NCBI GenBank assembly: GCA_016197155.1
Contig: JACPWF010000006.1
Span: 9,511 to 73,510 of the forward strand
Source: Candidatus Omnitrophota bacterium
GTDB lineage: Bacteria > Omnitrophota > Gorgyraeia > 2-02-FULL-51-18
DNA: 64,000 nucleotides
Direction of reading: 5' to 3'
A program made the translations under genes and the position numbers. The notes under the pieces were generated by a model. The model saw nothing but the letters and a program-made list of their open reading frames with translations, was not told the DNA's origin and did no database searches. Of this stretch, positions 60,714-64,000 are shown piece by piece (position 1 is the stretch's first letter; the number at the start of each line of letters is the position of its first letter).

Positions 60714-61957
60714 TTGAATATCTCCAAAACTTTTTTGACGCCGCGCGCGAGTTTGTCGATTTCCTCTTTCGTGTTGTAAAACGCGAAGGACGCGCGCGCG
60801 GTGGCGGGGACGCCGAAGCGCTTCATCGTCGGCTGGGCGCAGTGATGCCCCGCGCGGATGGCGATGCCCTCTTGGTCAAGCACCGTCCCGATGTCGTGCG
60901 GGTGAATCCCCTCGAGCGAAAACGAAACGAGGCTCGCCTTTTCGGCGGCCGTCCCGATGATCTTGAGTCCCGGGATCGCGGACAACTTTTCCGTCGCGTG
61001 AGTTAAAAGTTCGCGCTCGTGAGCCGTGACCGCTTCCCAGTCCAATTTCCCCAAGTAATCCAGCGCCGCCCCCAGACCGATGATCTCGGCGATCGCCGGC
61101 GTGCCCGCCTCAAACTTGGCCGGCGGTTTGGCGTAGGTCGTTTTCTCGAAAGTCACCGACTCGATCATGTCGCCGCCCGTCTGGTAAGGGTCCATCGCGT
61201 CGAGGTGCTTGGCCTTCGCGTACAAAACGCCGATGCCCGTCGGCCCGTAAATTTTGTGTCCCGAAAAACAGTAGAAATCGCAGTCGATCTCCCGCACGTC
61301 GACTCTGAAATGGGGCGCGCCCTGCGCGCCGTCGACTAGGACCCACGCGCCGGCGTGATGCGCGAGCCTCGTCATTTCCCGGATGGGATTCACGGTGCCA
61401 AGCGCGTTCGAGACGTGCCCGATAGAAACCAGGTACGTCCGCGCGCCGAGAAGTTTTTGAAATTCCTCCAAAATGATTTCTCCGCGGTCGTTCACGGGAA
61501 TGATTTTAAGCGTCAGGCCCTTTTCCTCGCAAAGCCTCTGCCAGGGGACGATGTTGGAGTGGTGCTCGATTTGGGAAATGAGGATCTCATCGCCCTTTTT
61601 CAAAAATTTCCGGCCAAAACCCGCCGCCACGAGGTTCACGGCCTCGGTCGCGCCGCGCACGAAAATAATCTCCGACGCGCGCCCGGCGTTCAAAAATCGC
61701 CGGCACTTCTCGCGCACGGTGTCGCATTCGGCCGTGGAGAGCTGGCTGAACGTGTAAACGCCGCGGTGGATCGTCGCGTACTCGTGGCGCAGAAAGGCCG
61801 CCATGCGGTCGATCACGGCGGACGGCTTTTGCGTCGTCGCGGCGTTGTCGAGGTAAACAAGCCCGTGCCCGTTCATGACGCTCGAGAGCATCGGAAAATC
61901 CCGCCGGATCCGATCGATGTCCAAAACGTCCGCGGCCGCCGTTTCCGTTTTCGTCAT
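60710..61957 (-). CDS. sufS: Cysteine desulfurase SufS (group II)
   Basis: RAGHHCAQP, the active-site Cys loop, and the FSGHKIYGPTGIGVLY lysine region. Confidence 0.92.
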   Translation of the reverse strand: MTKTETAAADVLDIDRIRRDFPMLSSVMNGHGLVYLDNAATTQKPSAVIDRMAAFLRHEYATIHRGVYTFSQLSTAECDTVREKCRRFLNAGRASEIIFVRGATEAVNLVAAGFGRKFLKKGDEILISQIEHHSNIVPWQRLCEEKGLTLKIIPVNDRGEIILEEFQKLLGARTYLVSIGHVSNALGTVNPIREMTRLAHHAGAWVLVDGAQGAPHFRVDVREIDCDFYCFSGHKIYGPTGIGVLYAKAKHLDAMDPYQTGGDMIESVTFEKTTYAKPPAKFEAGTPAIAEIIGLGAALDYLGKLDWEAVTAHERELLTHATEKLSAIPGLKIIGTAAEKASLVSFSLEGIHPHDIGTVLDQEGIAIRAGHHCAQPTMKRFGVPATARASFAFYNTKEEIDKLARGVKKVLEIFK

Positions 61958-63132
61958 GTTTTCACCATGCCTTTGATCGCTTCCTGAATGTTTTTCTCGA
62001 GATCGTTTTTCAAACTTTTGTCGCGAATCTCGTCAATGATTTCCTGCGCGAAACCGTAGGTCAGAAGAAATCGCGCCACGCTTTTTGAAAGTCCGCGGCT
62101 CCTCAAATAAAAAAGCTCGTCCTTCTCGATCGGGCCGACCGTGGCGCCGTGATGGCAGGAGACGTCGTCGTTTTCGATGATGAGTTTTGGCCGCGCGAAA
62201 CCCTGCGCCGTTTCCGACAGGAGAAGCGAGCGGCTGAGCTGTTTCGAATCGGATTTTTCGGCGTTCGGATGCACGCGGACCAGGCTGTCAAATTCGGACC
62301 GCGCGCGGTCGGTGAGGATCGTTTTGTAAAATTGGCGGCTCGTACAGCCGGGGGCCGCGTGAATCGCCTGAACGTGGTGGTGGCTTTCCGAATCCCCTTT
62401 CAAAACGGTCAGGCCCTTCATCGAGGCGAACGCCTTTGGCGCGCGGAAATGGATTTCCGAGTCGTTCCGCAGGACCCGCGAGGCGTCCGACGTGAAAACC
62501 GAGGATTCGAGAGAACTTCCCTCATCCAATAAAAAACGGTTGGCCGCAAATTGAAACGCGCCGCGATCGCGACTCAGCTGAACCACGTCCACGTGCGACT
62601 TTTTCCCCAATTGAAATTCATTCACCGCGTTCACGAAATGCGCCGCGGCCGTCTCCCCCGTGTAATGCAGGATAAAACTCGCCCGGACCTGATTGCCTGC
62701 GTGAACCAAGAGGCGCGGATAAAACACGCAAGGGGCGCCTGCCGGAGGAGCGCTCACGAAAAAAACGTGAACCGGATCGATCAGGCACGACTCGTCCGGA
62801 ATGTCGAGCCAAACCCCGTCCCGGAACCGGCGCGCGTTGATCGCGGCAAAAGGGTCCGAGTTTTTTTCGGAGATACCGCCCCGGAGAGGACGCACGGCCG
62901 TCCCCTTCGGCAAAGCGCCCAGCTCAGAAAATTCCGGCGAATATTTTCCGTTCATAAAAACAATTTGAATGCGCCCGCTTCCGGAAAAAGACGACGGGGT
63001 TTTTTCGGGCTCGACAAACGCGGTCTCGAGAATGGGCGTCAGGTCCACATACCTCCAGGCCTCCTCACGCCGCGTGGGAAACACGACGTCCGGAAACGAT
63101 TCGCGATAGGTTTTAGCGGCTGACGGATTCAT
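61954..63132 (-). CDS. sufD: Fe-S cluster assembly protein SufD
   Basis: SufB/D-family C-terminus (GATVGPIEKDELFYLRSRGL). The start is trimmed to MNPSAAKTYRESF... because the listed ORF over-extends into sufC. Confidence 0.82.
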   Translation of the reverse strand: MNPSAAKTYRESFPDVVFPTRREEAWRYVDLTPILETAFVEPEKTPSSFSGSGRIQIVFMNGKYSPEFSELGALPKGTAVRPLRGGISEKNSDPFAAINARRFRDGVWLDIPDESCLIDPVHVFFVSAPPAGAPCVFYPRLLVHAGNQVRASFILHYTGETAAAHFVNAVNEFQLGKKSHVDVVQLSRDRGAFQFAANRFLLDEGSSLESSVFTSDASRVLRNDSEIHFRAPKAFASMKGLTVLKGDSESHHHVQAIHAAPGCTSRQFYKTILTDRARSEFDSLVRVHPNAEKSDSKQLSRSLLLSETAQGFARPKLIIENDDVSCHHGATVGPIEKDELFYLRSRGLSKSVARFLLTYGFAQEIIDEIRDKSLKNDLEKNIQEAIKGMVKT

Positions 63133-63853
63133 AACCTTTCCTCTCGAGCTCGATCGCCAACTGTCTGTCACCCGAGCGCACGACGCGCCCGTCCGCGAGG
63201 ATGTGCACAAAATCCGGCTCCACATGATTCAAAAGCCGCTGGTAGTGCGTGATGAGGATCATCGCGTTGTCCGGCCGCCGGAGTTTTTTGACGCCCTCGG
63301 CCACGACTTTAAGCGCGTCGATGTCCAGGCCCGAATCGGTTTCGTCGAGGATCGCCAATACGGGATCCAGGACCGCCATCTGAACGATCTCGTTTCTTTT
63401 TTTCTCGCCCCCCGAAAATCCGTGATTGACCGAACGGCCCGAAAAATCGGGGCTCATTTGAACCAGTTTCAATTTTTCCGAAAGGATCCCGTCAAACTCG
63501 AGCGGGTCCACCTCCGTTTTCCCCAGAAATTTCTGCTTGGCGTTGTACGCCATCCTCAGGAAACTGGCGTTGTTCACGCCGGGGATCTCGACGGGATACT
63601 GAAACGCGAGAAAAACTCCCATGAGGGCGCGGTCCTCGGGCTCCAGATCCAACAGTTTTTTCCCGAGGAAAAGGATCTCGCCCTTCGACACCGCGTAGTG
63701 CGGATCGCCCGCCAGCACCTTGGCCAGCGTGCTTTTTCCGGAACCGTTCGGGCCCATGATCGCGTGGACCTCCCCCGCTTTCACCTCGAGATTGAAACCT
63801 TTTAAAATTTCCTTGCCGCCGATGCCGGCGTGCAGATTTTTAATGGACAACAC
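63113..63853 (-). CDS. sufC: Fe-S cluster assembly ATPase SufC
   Basis: LSIKNLHAGIGGKEILKGFNL, Walker A GPNGSGKST, and an ABC signature. The start is trimmed to GTG 63853, 2 nt after the sufB TAA; the listed ORF is over-extended. Confidence 0.9.
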   Translation of the reverse strand: MLSIKNLHAGIGGKEILKGFNLEVKAGEVHAIMGPNGSGKSTLAKVLAGDPHYAVSKGEILFLGKKLLDLEPEDRALMGVFLAFQYPVEIPGVNNASFLRMAYNAKQKFLGKTEVDPLEFDGILSEKLKLVQMSPDFSGRSVNHGFSGGEKKRNEIVQMAVLDPVLAILDETDSGLDIDALKVVAEGVKKLRRPDNAMILITHYQRLLNHVEPDFVHILADGRVVRSGDRQLAIELERKGYESVSR

Positions 63854-63855
63854 GT

Positions 63856-64000
63856 TTAAGCCACGCTCCCTTCGAGTTTCAAACCCAATAATTTCGTCGC
63901 CTCGACGGCGAACTCCCCAGGCAATTCCCGGAAAACATCCCTGCAAAAGCCGTTAATGATCGCCCCCATCGCGTCCTCGGTTTGGATCCCCCGCTGGCGG
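63856..64000 (-). CDS. sufB: Fe-S cluster assembly protein SufB, C-terminal end (partial; gene runs off the window end)
   Basis: Hand translation of the minus strand gives ...[14 protein letters not shown] ending at TAA 63858-63856, consistent with a SufB C-terminus. Confidence 0.6.
   Translation of the reverse strand, partial: RQRGIQTEDAMGAIINGFCRDVFRELPGEFAVEATKLLGLKLEGSVA

Noticed and set aside
1-64000. CRISPR arrays, rRNA, IS/transposase or integrase genes
   Set aside because: No regularly spaced direct repeats, rRNA signatures or transposase/integrase-like ORFs were found. The only mobile-like footprints are the two duplication-flanked insertions and the REP-like palindromes.

Overview
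This is a high-GC (~60%) bacterial chromosomal segment, and almost every gene is on the minus strand. The backbone is housekeeping: a complex I operon (nuoA-B-C-D-E-F-G, running off the window start), glutamate synthase gltBD, ferredoxin-trxB, ychF, a class I aldolase, metE, mrp/apbC, nadA, thyX, a ferredoxin-type sulfite/nitrite reductase, moeB/thiF-rhodanese, iscS, pepA, and a suf Fe-S operon (sufB' -C-D-S-U plus nfu). Accessory content sits on top of this.

- **Giant multidomain gene:** a 10.8-kb ORF (3,614 aa) contains a glycogen/starch-synthase-like GT5 domain and a GH15 glucoamylase-like domain inside ~2,000 aa of unassigned sequence. It has a recurrent G-A-R-[LM]-A-G linker motif and an ambiguous 5' end that holds a perfect A6/T6 hairpin and a REP-like palindrome.
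- **Toxin-antitoxin modules:** at least five are present (RHH/RelE inside the nuo operon, HicBA, AbrB-type antitoxin plus toxin, HigBA-like, zeta toxin plus a small ORF).
- **Two duplication-flanked insertions:** the AbrB-type TA cassette is bounded by 36-bp direct repeats that duplicate the 3' end of the giant gene. A 2-kb low-GC island with two hypothetical genes is bounded by a 71-bp duplication of the nadA 5' end.
- **Other accessory features:** a tightly coupled aminotransferase-LuxE-LuxC operon (candidate fatty aldehyde/amine pathway) sits next to a GH57 glucan enzyme, and a TPR gene is wedged between nuoC and nuoD. A family of GGGGTCAGAGGCCTC(T/C)GACCCC palindromes recurs, and a fourfold GGGAC-N-GTCCC operator-like array lies in a divergent promoter region. 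A promoter, small Cys-ORF and terminator unit precedes a small gene.

No rRNA, tRNA or CRISPR array was found. The long plus-strand ORFs in the track are antisense artefacts of GC-rich minus-strand genes.
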